A stretch of DNA of 64,000 nucleotides from an uncultured bacterium. Lineage in GTDB: Bacteria > Acidobacteriota > Thermoanaerobaculia > Multivoradales > JAHZIX01. Under the pieces are notes generated by a model that made no database searches, had not been told where the DNA came from, and saw only the letters and a list, made by a program, of their open reading frames with translations. A program made the translations under genes and the position numbers. The stretch spans positions 130,195-194,194 of the forward strand of contig CBDUPA010000014.1 of assembly GCA_965368975.1 (NCBI GenBank), read 5' to 3'. The stretch's first letter is position 1; every line of letters begins with the position of its first letter. Of the stretch, positions 27,631-37,536 are shown piece after piece.

Positions 27631-27802
27631 GGCTGGCTCCCCATCAGCAAGAGTACCCACATACTACCCGCTAGCCTAGAACGACCCGAAACTACTTTCT
27701 CTCAAGCACGGAGGATCACGGTATGCTCGACGCGACAACCGCTGGTCCGCCGCGGGGTCATTCCCTCGATATATCACTCGTTTCGACATAGGAGATCCGA
27801 TC

Positions 27803-28579
27803 ATGGCTGAAGCCGTTCTGATGGAGCGCGAAGGTCGCGTCGCCATTCTCACCGTCAACCGCCCGGACAAGCTCAACGCGCTCAACGAAGCCGTGCGCAC
27901 CGAGATGCTCGCGCACCTGGAAGCCATCGAGACCGACGACAGCATCGGCGCGGTGGTGATCACCGGTGCTGGCGAGAAGGCGTTCATCGCCGGGGCCGAC
28001 ATCGGCGAGTTCGCCGGCCGCAGCCCGTTCGACCAGCGCCACGCCATGCGCTCGCCGCGCGTGTTCGACGTCATGTCCGAGTTCCCGAAACCGGTGATCG
28101 CGATGATCAACGGCTTCTGCCTGGGCGGCGGCTGTGAGCTGGCGTCGAGCTGCGACATGCGCATCGCGTCCGACAACGCCAAGTTCGGTCAGCCGGAGAT
28201 CAAGCTCGGCATCATTCCCGGTGGCGGTGGCACGCAGCGCCTGTCGCGCCTGATCGGGCTCGGTCACACCATGCGCTTGGTGCTCACCGGCGACTTCATC
28301 GGCGCCGCCGAGGCCAAGGACATCGGCTTGGTCGAGCAGGTGGTGCCGGCGGCAGAGCTGCGCGAGACGGCGGTCGGGCTGGCGCAGAAGATCGCGTCCT
28401 TCAGTCCGCTGACCGTCAAGGTGGGCAAGGAAGCCGTGCGCGCCGGCGAGCGTCTGAGTATCGAGGACGGCATCCGCTACGAGCGCGACCTGTTCTGCCT
28501 GTGCTTCTCGTCCGAAGACAAGGAGGAGGGCGTCGACGCCTTCCTCAACAAGCGCAAGGCGGAGTGGAAGGGCCGCTGA
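27803..28579 (+). CDS. Enoyl-CoA hydratase (crotonase)
   Basis: AFIAGADI, GFCLGGGCEL and FGQPEIKLGIIPGGGGTQRL; AGGAG RBS. Confidence 0.92.
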   Translation: MAEAVLMEREGRVAILTVNRPDKLNALNEAVRTEMLAHLEAIETDDSIGAVVITGAGEKAFIAGADIGEFAGRSPFDQRHAMRSPRVFDVMSEFPKPVIAMINGFCLGGGCELASSCDMRIASDNAKFGQPEIKLGIIPGGGGTQRLSRLIGLGHTMRLVLTGDFIGAAEAKDIGLVEQVVPAAELRETAVGLAQKIASFSPLTVKVGKEAVRAGERLSIEDGIRYERDLFCLCFSSEDKEEGVDAFLNKRKAEWKGR

Positions 28580-28586
28580 TCCGGTC

Positions 28587-29519
28587 TTGCTCGTGACGAA
28601 GCTGCCGACCCACGACGGCTCCTCCTATGGCGGACCCGTCTTCGACGCCCACGTCCACATCCAGCCGCCGGAGCAGTTCAAGCCGCACATGCGGCCGCTG
28701 GTCGACCCCGGTGACGCGGCGGCGTTGGAGGCATTGCGCTCGCCAGCGGCGTTGCTACGTTTGATGGACGAGGCCGGCGTCGAGAAGGTGGGCATGATCC
28801 AGTACGTGGCGCCGGAGCTCATGGGCTTCGACGCCGCGCTGCTGGACTACGGCCTCGACTTCGCGCGCCACGCCCCGGACCGCCTGGTACCTTTCGGCGG
28901 CGTCCATCCACGGCACTGCACGCATCCCGGCGACGACGTCGAGCGCCTCTACGAGCGCGGTGCGCGGGCGCTCAAGTTCCACCCGCCCCACCAGATGTTT
29001 CAGGTCAACGCCTACCTGGACGCCCTGCCCCACCTGGCGCAGGCCTACGAGCGCGCACAGGCGCTCGGCATGCCGATCACGATCCACACCGGTACCTCCA
29101 TCTTCCCCGGTGCCCGCAACCGCTTCGCCGACCCCATGCCGGTGGACGATGTCGCCGTCGACTTCCCGGATCTCAAGCTGATCCTCGCCCACGCCGGCCG
29201 GCCGCTCTACATGGACACCGCCTTCTTCCTGGCCCGGCGGCACCCGAACGTCTACCTGGAACTCTCCGGCATCCCACCAAAGAAGATCCTCGACTACCTG
29301 CCACGCCTACCGCTGATCGCCGACAAGGTGCTGTGGGGCACGGATTGGCCGAGCCCGGGTGTACGTGAATTGGGCAAGAATTTATTTGCTTTTCGGCAGT
29401 TGGGACTGGGCGAGGAGGTGGAGCGCAAGATTCTGTGGGACACGCCCATGCGGGTGTTCGACACAGCACCCACGCCTGCATCCAAGACCCTGCGTCGCAA
29501 TGCACAGCGCTTGCGATAA
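28587..29519 (+). CDS. Amidohydrolase_2 family metallohydrolase
   Basis: DAHVH, KFHP, IHTG, LAHAG and WGTDWP; start position uncertain. Confidence 0.88.
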   Translation: MLVTKLPTHDGSSYGGPVFDAHVHIQPPEQFKPHMRPLVDPGDAAALEALRSPAALLRLMDEAGVEKVGMIQYVAPELMGFDAALLDYGLDFARHAPDRLVPFGGVHPRHCTHPGDDVERLYERGARALKFHPPHQMFQVNAYLDALPHLAQAYERAQALGMPITIHTGTSIFPGARNRFADPMPVDDVAVDFPDLKLILAHAGRPLYMDTAFFLARRHPNVYLELSGIPPKKILDYLPRLPLIADKVLWGTDWPSPGVRELGKNLFAFRQLGLGEEVERKILWDTPMRVFDTAPTPASKTLRRNAQRLR

Positions 29520-29578
29520 GCATGCTATAGTTTGTAGCTTCAAGCCAGCGCCAAACCTGAATTTCCACTAGAGACAAT

Positions 29579-30400
29579 ATGAACTCCACACCTGGCAGAG
29601 TTCTGGCAATCGCTAGCCAGAAAGGTGGCGTCGGCAAGACGACGCTCGCTCTCAACCTCAGTCACGCCTTTGCTTCGTTGGGATGGAAGACGCTGCTGAT
29701 GGACGCCGATCCACTGGGCAGCATCGGCCTGTCGCTGCGCGAAGATCTTGCCAATCGCGCCGGCCTCGCCGAAGTCGCTGCCGAACGTGCCCAACTGGAC
29801 GATGTGCTGGTCACCACGCGGCTGCCCGAGCTGTCCATCCTGCTGCGCGGCAACGTACCGCCGATGGAGGCCGCCACCTGGACCGTCGACTTGCAGGACG
29901 GCGGACGTCTGGGCCGAGTGCTGGACGCCGCACGCGGCCGCTTCGAACTGATCGTCATCGACACGCCGCCGGGCTGCACCGGCTCGGCCCTGGGTGCCCT
30001 GCGCTGCGCCGACTACGTGACGGTGCCGTTGCAAGCAGAACCCCTGGCGGCGCGCTCAGTGCAACAGTTCCTGGAGCTGCTGGCCGGCCTGCGCGAACAG
30101 GACACATCGCCGCAGCTGGCCGCGCTGGTGCTAACCATGCTGCAGACACGCCACCAAGCGTCGCTCGACGTCGCGCTCGAGAGCTGGCGTTTGTTCCCCG
30201 ATTCCTTGGTCCTGGAGACCGCGGTACCGCGCGACCCGATGCTGGTCGAGGCGAGCGCACGCGGCGTCCCGGTCGCTCTGATGAGTCGCCGTAGGCCACC
30301 CGTGGCAGCGGTTTTCGAACAGATCGCCGGCGAGTTGGCCGCGCGCATGAACATGGAGGACGAGGATGAAGACGAACGGGTCCTCTCTCTTCTGGATTGA
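29579..30400 (+). CDS. Orphan ParA/Soj-family ATPase
   Basis: Deviant Walker A QKGGVGKTT, DADP and IDTPPG; no parB nearby. Confidence 0.9.
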   Translation: MNSTPGRVLAIASQKGGVGKTTLALNLSHAFASLGWKTLLMDADPLGSIGLSLREDLANRAGLAEVAAERAQLDDVLVTTRLPELSILLRGNVPPMEAATWTVDLQDGGRLGRVLDAARGRFELIVIDTPPGCTGSALGALRCADYVTVPLQAEPLAARSVQQFLELLAGLREQDTSPQLAALVLTMLQTRHQASLDVALESWRLFPDSLVLETAVPRDPMLVEASARGVPVALMSRRRPPVAAVFEQIAGELAARMNMEDEDEDERVLSLLD

Positions 30401-31088
30401 TCCACACGCGCTCGAGACGCTGACGCGGCGCGCAACCGGCACCTCGCCAGCGCACCGGGTACCTCCCGCGCGCCCAGCTCCATCGACGAAGGCAGCTCCA
30501 TCGACACCGAGCACTATGGGTCGCTCGGCTGCGCCATCCGGTGCGGCAACTTCTTGGGACAAGGTCGCGGCCCCCGGCATTCCGCGCCTGAACGTACCGG
30601 TACCTGTCGAGCCCGTGGGGGTGGCCACAGCAACATCCACCGGACCACCAGCCGGCGGCGACGATCCCCGCGTACGCTATTCCCTCATGCAGAGTGAGAG
30701 CCTGGAAACCCGCCTCCAGGGGCTGACAGAATGGCTGCTCGACTTCGATATCGAGGCTGCCTTCGTGGTCGACAGCGACGGACTGGCGCTGATCCATCAC
30801 GAGGGGCAAATGCCGATGATGGCCGCCGCGGCCGCCATCCAGGGCCAGTGGGAGCAAATGAGCCACCGCTTGAACCTGGTTCCCGAGAAGGCAATGGTGC
30901 TCCATCTGAGCTCCGGTTCCTTCCTGCACCTGCTCGGCGCCAACACGCGCTGGGGTCGCCTGTGCCTGGGGCTCCTCGGTCAGCAACTTCTTTCCCGGGC
31001 GTCGCTCAGCGACATCCGCACAACCTTTGATCGCCTCGTCGGCGAGAACTCCGGCAATACCCATCCGGGAGAGCAACATGGCTCGTGA
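30366..31088 (+). CDS. Hypothetical protein: Pro/Ala-rich N-terminus and Roadblock/LC7-like C-terminal domain
   Basis: The segment 'IEAAFVVDSDGLALI' followed by helix and beta strands fits a Roadblock pattern; overlaps both neighbouring genes. Confidence 0.55.
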   Translation: MKTNGSSLFWIDPHALETLTRRATGTSPAHRVPPARPAPSTKAAPSTPSTMGRSAAPSGAATSWDKVAAPGIPRLNVPVPVEPVGVATATSTGPPAGGDDPRVRYSLMQSESLETRLQGLTEWLLDFDIEAAFVVDSDGLALIHHEGQMPMMAAAAAIQGQWEQMSHRLNLVPEKAMVLHLSSGSFLHLLGANTRWGRLCLGLLGQQLLSRASLSDIRTTFDRLVGENSGNTHPGEQHGS

Positions 31089-31656
31089 ACACCTGCAACA
31101 AGCTGTCCAAGACATCCCATCACTGCGCGCGGTTTTCGTCACCACCATGCCGGACTGCCTGCTCTTCGACGCCTGGATCCGCTCCGACCTCGACTGGCGA
31201 GCAGACGAGGTCGCGGCTTACTTCGGCGATCTGCTACGGGCCAATCGCCAGGGCTTGAAGGCCCTCAACTCGTGGTCCTCGGACATCATGGTGACCATCG
31301 AGTCCCCCGAGCACACCTTGCTGCTGCGGGAACTCAACGCCGACTTCGTATGCACGACCGTGTTTGAACGCGGCGCCGCCTTGGGCATGGCCCGGCTGCA
31401 CAATCAGCAACTGATCGAGCGCATTCGCGAATCGCTGCCCTCCTTCGAGGTCGAGCGACGACCACGCGGCCTGCGTGTGGTGGAATTCCTACAACGCTAC
31501 GCACCGGATCCACACGCCGTCTTGATGCGGACCTCACTACGCAGCGGCCTGCCCATGGACAGCTTGAACCACCCCCAAGACCTGACCGAACAACAAGTCG
31601 CCCACCTGGAACGCACGGCCTGCGACCTGCTCGGCTTGGAAAGCCTGAATATCTGA
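31078..31656 (+). CDS. Roadblock/MglB-like protein with C-terminal helical domain
   Basis: Segments 'IPSLRAVFVTTMPDCLLFD', 'DIMVTIESPEHTLLLREL' and 'ALGMARL'; GGAG RBS before the ATG at 31078. Confidence 0.6.
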   Translation: MAREHLQQAVQDIPSLRAVFVTTMPDCLLFDAWIRSDLDWRADEVAAYFGDLLRANRQGLKALNSWSSDIMVTIESPEHTLLLRELNADFVCTTVFERGAALGMARLHNQQLIERIRESLPSFEVERRPRGLRVVEFLQRYAPDPHAVLMRTSLRSGLPMDSLNHPQDLTEQQVAHLERTACDLLGLESLNI

Positions 31657-31677
31657 TGTGCCCTGAGGAACAATGAC

Positions 31678-32934
31678 ATGTCGCGATTCCAAGAGCTGAC
31701 CCGTGTGCTGGCCGAGCAAGATCTGACACTCCTCGCCGGTTCCCCCTTCATCTTTCACTGTCACCACTTCAATCTGTTCCACGACCAGACGGTCGAGGAC
31801 GCCTTGGGCGACCACGAAGGCTACCTGTTGCGCGCCCGCGCGGCCCAGGAAGTCCTGCAGCCGGTGTTGCACGCCCTGGCCGGGGAGGCCGGCGCCAACA
31901 CACCGACGGAACGGCTGCAGCTGGCGCAAGAGCTGTTCTCCTGGATGGGGCAGGGTACCCTGCAACTGCTCGCCGACAGCACCGGCGGCAAGGCCCGCGG
32001 CGAGTGCCTGCACTACAGCCTCGCCTGGCGCGAAAAGTACGGCAGCCGGGTCTCACGCCAGCAGCCGATCGACGCCTTCGCGGCTGGCTTCGCGGCTGCC
32101 GCGACCGAAGTCGCTTTCGACCTCGAACCCGGGTCCCTACAGAGCACCGAGGCCGCTTGCTTTGCCTGCCGTGAGCCCGCGTGTGACTTCGACATCAAGC
32201 GGCCTGGCGTCGCCTTGCATCCGGTCCCGGCGAGTGGCTTCGACAACCACCTCGGCACCTTGATCGAGGGACAGGAAGAAGCCCGGATCACCTCCATGGC
32301 GGCGCAGCTCAAGGACTTCGTGGCCGGCGTTGGTAGCGATGACCGCGGCATTATCCAGGGGTTCGGCCTGTTCCTGACCCGCCAGTTCGTCGGCTACTAT
32401 GACCTGACCGTCTACGAGACACTGCACAAGATCGAGAAAGAGCGGCCGGCGATGCTCGAGGTCGCCGAGGCGCTGTTCGGCGAGTCCGGGCACGTCTGCG
32501 TCTTCAACACCTTTGGCCGGATTCTGCAGAGTGCCGAATGGCAAGGCTTGTTCGGCCCCGTCCCGAATGATCCGACCGAAGTCGTTCTCGGCTGTACCGC
32601 CATCGCGCGCAGCCTGGGTTTCGGCCACTGGACCATCCACGAGCTAGTGCCGGGCGAACGCCTGATTTTGCGGGCCTGTAGCAACTATGAGGCGCCCTTC
32701 TACCTGCAGCGCTACGGCCGCAGCGAACGGGCCCGCAGCTACTTCTTCGCCAACGCCGCGGTCGCCTTCATGCAGCTGGCACACCAGGTCGACTGGTCGC
32801 AGCCGCCCGAGTTGAACGAGGAGTTCTACGGCTCACTCTTCAAGTCGAACCTGAAGTGGACGTTCGAGCAGACTCAATGCCTGACTTGTGGAGATCCGTT
32901 GTGCGAAGTGGTCGTGCGGCGCAAGACGGATTGA
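31678..32934 (+). CDS. Tandem V4R (4-vinyl reductase-like) ligand-binding protein
   Basis: Two V4R-like halves, each with (M/L)G.G and terminal E..C...g...C.(F/V) motifs (EAACFACREPACDF; EQTQCLTCGDPLCEV); N-terminal HCHH. Confidence 0.75.
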   Translation: MSRFQELTRVLAEQDLTLLAGSPFIFHCHHFNLFHDQTVEDALGDHEGYLLRARAAQEVLQPVLHALAGEAGANTPTERLQLAQELFSWMGQGTLQLLADSTGGKARGECLHYSLAWREKYGSRVSRQQPIDAFAAGFAAAATEVAFDLEPGSLQSTEAACFACREPACDFDIKRPGVALHPVPASGFDNHLGTLIEGQEEARITSMAAQLKDFVAGVGSDDRGIIQGFGLFLTRQFVGYYDLTVYETLHKIEKERPAMLEVAEALFGESGHVCVFNTFGRILQSAEWQGLFGPVPNDPTEVVLGCTAIARSLGFGHWTIHELVPGERLILRACSNYEAPFYLQRYGRSERARSYFFANAAVAFMQLAHQVDWSQPPELNEEFYGSLFKSNLKWTFEQTQCLTCGDPLCEVVVRRKTD

Positions 32935-33239
32935 CGCCACTGGAAGCCGATCCGGGTTGCTGCAATCACCTGAACTGGCGCTGTGGCTCGCTGAACGCAG
33001 TCTCGGCGGAAGCGCTGGAGCGGAACCTAACGGTTCACGGCTATCAGCTGCGCTGCCGCCATTCCGGCCTATGGCTGCTCCGGCACAGCGACGGGCACGA
33101 GATCGCCTGGGTGCGGGCACACAACCGCTTCCAACTCCGGGTCCCGATCGCCTTGCCGCCTAGAGAGCGTGCACAGGCGGCACAAATCATGTACCGCCAG
33201 CTGTCGCACAGCTTGACGCCCGCGCCGGAGACCGCATGA
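32931..33239 (+). CDS. Small hypothetical protein
   Basis: The TTG start overlaps the V4R stop (TTGA) and the stop overlaps the next ATG (ATGA), so it is coupled on both sides. Confidence 0.55.
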   Translation: MTPLEADPGCCNHLNWRCGSLNAVSAEALERNLTVHGYQLRCRHSGLWLLRHSDGHEIAWVRAHNRFQLRVPIALPPRERAQAAQIMYRQLSHSLTPAPETA

Positions 33240-34219
33240 GCGCCATTCGTCTGTTGACCGCCGGAGAGACCTTCCACCTGGACCCGATCCGGCAACGTAC
33301 CGATTTCGAACTACACACCTGTGAGGATCCGGACGAAGCCGCTCTCGCCCTGAGCGACCGCGAGGTGTCCGGACTGCTGGTCGATCCGTCACTGGATATC
33401 AGCTGTGCCCTCGAGCTCCTCGGTCTCTGGCGCGGCCTGGGATTGCGCCTGCCGGTGGTCGCCCTGATCCCACCCGCCCTGGCCGCCGACCTGCCGCTAC
33501 GCTGGAGCCCGTTGCTACACCTGGCCGATCCCGACTTACCGCCGGAGAAGCTGACGCAGGTGCTGCACTCGGCGATCGAGGCTTCAGCCGTGCCTCAGGA
33601 CCGCGAGTACTTCCGTACCTCCGACTTCGTACAACTTGCCTTGCTGAGCCAGCAAAGCGTCGAACTGCACCTCAGCTTCGCAAGGAGCGATCACCTGCAG
33701 ATCGAGATCGTCGGCGGCGACATCTGGAGCGCCTTCGGCGGCGACTCGAGCGGCATAGAGCCACTCGCCAACCACCTGCAGGATACGCCGCACACGCTGC
33801 AAGCGTCGGTCATCGAAAAGCTACCCAAGCAGCGCTTTCTGCGCGAACCCGCTCCCCATGTGCTTCGCCGCTGCCTGCGCCACCACCAGGAAGCCACCGC
33901 GGCGGACGACAGCGCCCTGCCTCCTTCCAGCTCATTGGCCCACCGGGAACTATTGCATCCGGGTGAAGATCCGTCTCCCGACACCCAGCCCTTGCCCACC
34001 GACCTCCTCAATGAGCTCACCGATGCCAGCGGTGAGGAGGTCGCCGAGCGCATCGACGAGAACGAGTTCGAGCAACATTTCCAAGCCGGTATGGACGCCG
34101 CCCTGGTGCGCGACTATGAACGTGCCCTGCGCTGCTTCGAGAAGGCACAGGCCTTGCGCCCGGACGACGCGAGGGTCTCGTTCAACGTGCAGCGGATTCG
34201 CCAGCGCCTCGAAAACTAG
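33236..34219 (+). CDS. Degenerate receiver-like + DUF4388/PATAN-like + C-terminal TPR protein
   Basis: N-terminal REC-like pattern; 'DFVQLALLSQQSVELHL...IEIVGGDIWSA' is PATAN-like; TPR 'GMDAALVRDYERALRCFEKAQALRPDD'. Confidence 0.6.
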   Translation: MSAIRLLTAGETFHLDPIRQRTDFELHTCEDPDEAALALSDREVSGLLVDPSLDISCALELLGLWRGLGLRLPVVALIPPALAADLPLRWSPLLHLADPDLPPEKLTQVLHSAIEASAVPQDREYFRTSDFVQLALLSQQSVELHLSFARSDHLQIEIVGGDIWSAFGGDSSGIEPLANHLQDTPHTLQASVIEKLPKQRFLREPAPHVLRRCLRHHQEATAADDSALPPSSSLAHRELLHPGEDPSPDTQPLPTDLLNELTDASGEEVAERIDENEFEQHFQAGMDAALVRDYERALRCFEKAQALRPDDARVSFNVQRIRQRLEN

Positions 34220-34256
34220 GTCCACTCCTGGATCCCAGATTTCCAGGGACTGCGAC

Positions 34257-35507
34257 TCACGGCCAGAGCTGTAAGAAGGATCTCTGACGGACGTCGGCGA
34301 TGTACCAGCGCTCCTCGATCCGTCGCATGCGGATATCCGTCATGCCGAAGCAGCCGCCGGGCAGCAGGTACCGAGGGGGTCTGCCACTCAACTGCCAGTC
34401 CACTTCAGCCAGCAGCTCGGAAGGTGAATCCACCAGGTCGAAGAGCGACAACGACTCGAAAGACGGATAAGCGTAGGTCAAGCTGAGTGGTCCTGACGAC
34501 CCAGGCGGGATGCGAATCGTCGGCCCCCCGGCACGGCGCCATTCGGCGCCCGGATGCGCCGGCACGAAGAGGACGTCGTGCTCGTCGCCCACCGGACCAC
34601 TGAACGCCGCGACCACGTCGCGCAGGCTCGTCGCCCAGTCCTCCTCCACCTGCCCACCACTGGTCGGCGCCAGGTCGATGCCGTCCGGCACCCCGTCTCC
34701 ATCCGTATCGGCCAGCTGCGGATCCGTGGTCAAGAAGTGTTCGTAGAGATCGGTGAGACCGTCGTCATCGGCATCGTCGTCAAGGGTCGTCAGATCGAAC
34801 TCGCCAACCCTGGTGCGAGTGGCCACCGTACAGCTGGTAGCCGGCTCATCTACATGCAGGGACAGACGACTACCCGTCAGTTCGCAGTGCAAGGGGTCGT
34901 CTTGCAGCTTCGGCAGCCAACCCAGGAAGCGCGAAGGTGGCCAGTTCTGCCCCTCGGCGGGCATCCGCACCCACCACAGAGTATTGACTGCCGGCTCGCG
35001 GAACAAGAGCCAGATCCCCGCCTCGGGAGAGCCCTCTGGCGCGTCAACGCGGCACCCGAGCTCGGAAACCAACGGTGTTGGCGCGCTAGCGGCGGTGCGC
35101 AGCGGCTCGGCCGGCAAGGGCGGCCGCCACCAGCTCGTCGGTGGCTCTGCGGCCCATCCCGCGTCCAGCACCCCTAGGGCCCGTGGCGTACCGATTCGCC
35201 CCAGTGCCGCGACCACATCCAAACGCACCAGCGGCGAGACCGTCGGGTTCGTCAAGGCTCCGCGCAACTCCTCGACGACCGCATCCGAGGGGAACCATGA
35301 GCTCCGACGAATCGCGGCCCGCTGTTCCCCGTCATGCTTGGCCAACGCCGGCGCCAGATGACGGCGCGCGTAGGCGTCTCCGAAGTGGGCTCCCAGGAGT
35401 GGGCCGAACCATGGCGCCAGAATCACCACGACCACCAAAGCACCGAGGGCCACCGCCAGGCGGCGTGCCCAGCGACGAAGCGAGCCGGGAGAGGGCGTTG
35501 TGGTCAT
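34257..35507 (-). CDS. Membrane-anchored protein with HEAT-like repeat and DxDxDG Ca-binding motifs
   Basis: N-terminal TM segment; 'VRLDVVAALGRIG'; 'DADDDGLTD' and 'DTDGDGVPDG'. Confidence 0.6.
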   Translation of the reverse strand: MTTTPSPGSLRRWARRLAVALGALVVVVILAPWFGPLLGAHFGDAYARRHLAPALAKHDGEQRAAIRRSSWFPSDAVVEELRGALTNPTVSPLVRLDVVAALGRIGTPRALGVLDAGWAAEPPTSWWRPPLPAEPLRTAASAPTPLVSELGCRVDAPEGSPEAGIWLLFREPAVNTLWWVRMPAEGQNWPPSRFLGWLPKLQDDPLHCELTGSRLSLHVDEPATSCTVATRTRVGEFDLTTLDDDADDDGLTDLYEHFLTTDPQLADTDGDGVPDGIDLAPTSGGQVEEDWATSLRDVVAAFSGPVGDEHDVLFVPAHPGAEWRRAGGPTIRIPPGSSGPLSLTYAYPSFESLSLFDLVDSPSELLAEVDWQLSGRPPRYLLPGGCFGMTDIRMRRIEERWYIADVRQRSFLQLWP

Positions 35508-35678
35508 ACTGAGTTAGAGTTCGACAGCTCCAGCGAAGTTCCCACACGGGATGATGGAACGCCTTGCCAGAAAGGAGAACCTCTATCCGAAGGCCTCCAT
35601 CGACTGGCTCGGGAGCCTCTAGCAGAAACGGCCGGCAGGTTGCCCCACCGGCCGTCCACAAACCTTCAGCAACGCCGA

Positions 35679-37367
35679 TCAGTTACCGAGCGCGCCTCCG
35701 ATGGCTCCGCCCAGCGGACCACCGATGATGCCGTCGCTCTCGACGGTATCGGCCGTGTCGACACCCTCACGCGCACTGCGCGCCCAGCGCGGCGGCCACT
35801 GACGCGGCCGTCCCTGGCCATCGAGCACCAGGTGCTGCGTGCCCTCGGGCAAGACCTGCAGCGTCTTCAGGAACTCGATTACCGAGCCCTGTTCGTACTC
35901 GCTGAGCGCCAGGAAGGCATCCGTGGTGTACTGAGCCTCACCAGCGTGGGCCAGAATGGCCTGGCGCAGCGTCGTGAACTTGCCGTGGTGGAAGTACGGC
36001 GCCTCGTTGGCGGCACCCCACAGCTTCTTGGTGAGGAAGTGGCTGTTGCCGGCCAAGAACTCCACGGAACCAGCCGCGAAGTGCATGTTCAACGGTTCCC
36101 GGTTGGGATCGTCCGGACCGCTAGTGATGTCGTGCAACTTGAGGTCCGTATAGGCGGGCACCTGGACGACACCGTTGCGAGCCCGCAAACGCGGTCCTGG
36201 CAGGCGGCGATTGTTCAGATCGACCACCAGATCCGGCGCGTCGCCCGGCTGCAGATTGCCGGCCGGGTTGAAGGGGTTGGGTTCGCTGTAGTACCAACCG
36301 TGGTTGTCCAGCGGCAACGAGGAAATGTGGCAATCAGAGCAACCGATGTTGACGAACGCGTCCTCACCGGTCAGCACCGCCTCCTCGAGCGGCCGATAGC
36401 GCGGAATCACCCGCCCCGGTACCTCCAGCGTCGCCTGCCACACGGAAGCGGCCGTGATGTCGGCACGCGTCAGCTCGTTGACGAAGCCGTCACCGTCAGG
36501 ATCGGTCCCCTCACCGAAGCGCTCGGTGGACTGCATTCCGTGGTGGTGGTTCATCGCGTTGTTGGTGAACTCACGCAGCGAGATCACCGCACCGGCCTGG
36601 TGGAAGGGGCGCACGATCAGACTCGGCGGAGCGTCCGCTCCCGTCGACCTGGTACTCGGTGCCGCCAGACCCTCGACTTCCGAAACGTCCCAGCTGCCGT
36701 CGACAGCGCGGCTCAGGCGCCCGAACGAGACTCCCTTGGTCACCAGGTCGGCAGCTTCGCCAGGACCGATAGAGTCCCGGATAGCCTGCATGTCGGCAGT
36801 CATCTGACGCGCCAACATCTCGATGTAGCCAGAGCCGAACATGCCCAGGGTGGCACGCGAGTTGGCGATGTCGTCGAGCGTCACGGGGTCGCCGTTCTCG
36901 TTGACACCACCACGCGTCGGGATCGGATCGTCATTGTCGAAGGTAGCGAAGTCAAAGCGCTGGCCTAGCACGAAGACGTTGGCCACGATGTCGCCACCAC
37001 CACCGGAACGCGGCGCATTGTGGCAACCACCGCACGAGTTGGCATCGGGCGCCGAGATGCGGTTGAAGTTACGCGGGAACACCAGGGGTGACGTCGGATC
37101 CGCGATGTCGGCTCCAACACCCTTGCTCATCGGGCGTCCACCGCCCTCCTGGTGCGTCCAGATGGCGTTGAAAACGGCTTCACCGTGATCGTTCAAATCG
37201 AGAACAGAGAGGTTGTACTCCTGTCCATCCTCGAGATGCTGCGGAACGGCCACCTCGATCCCGGGCACGAAGTCCTCGGCCTGGGCGGTGGGTGCAGCGA
37301 GTACAAGGGAAAATGCCGCGGGAATCACCGCGGCCGCGATCCAAGGGAACGCATGAGATCGACGCAT
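35679..37367 (-). CDS. Secreted di-haem oxidoreductase family protein (DHOR / peroxidase-like)
   Basis: Signal peptide; two CxxCH motifs (CGGCH, CSDCH); YTDLKLHD, LWG, YFHHG, AILAHAGEA and FLKTL; AGGAGG RBS. Confidence 0.85.
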   Translation of the reverse strand: MRRSHAFPWIAAAVIPAAFSLVLAAPTAQAEDFVPGIEVAVPQHLEDGQEYNLSVLDLNDHGEAVFNAIWTHQEGGGRPMSKGVGADIADPTSPLVFPRNFNRISAPDANSCGGCHNAPRSGGGGDIVANVFVLGQRFDFATFDNDDPIPTRGGVNENGDPVTLDDIANSRATLGMFGSGYIEMLARQMTADMQAIRDSIGPGEAADLVTKGVSFGRLSRAVDGSWDVSEVEGLAAPSTRSTGADAPPSLIVRPFHQAGAVISLREFTNNAMNHHHGMQSTERFGEGTDPDGDGFVNELTRADITAASVWQATLEVPGRVIPRYRPLEEAVLTGEDAFVNIGCSDCHISSLPLDNHGWYYSEPNPFNPAGNLQPGDAPDLVVDLNNRRLPGPRLRARNGVVQVPAYTDLKLHDITSGPDDPNREPLNMHFAAGSVEFLAGNSHFLTKKLWGAANEAPYFHHGKFTTLRQAILAHAGEAQYTTDAFLALSEYEQGSVIEFLKTLQVLPEGTQHLVLDGQGRPRQWPPRWARSAREGVDTADTVESDGIIGGPLGGAIGGALGN

Positions 37368-37536
37368 GGTACTTCTTGCCTCCTAAGGACGTTGACAACT
37401 CGCATGCTGAACATTGAATATCCTGCACAGCATAAGATGCTAAGTATTCCGCCAGAATACCGCAGACGAGCAGACAAGTGCAACGAAGCAAGTCGTTACG
37501 CATCCGCCGGCACGGGAGATCACCACGCAGGCAAAC

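Noticed and set aside
29579-30400. ParA as a sign of a plasmid, prophage or replication origin
   Set aside because: No parB, parS, rep, integrase or phage genes; the context is a signalling operon near core genes.
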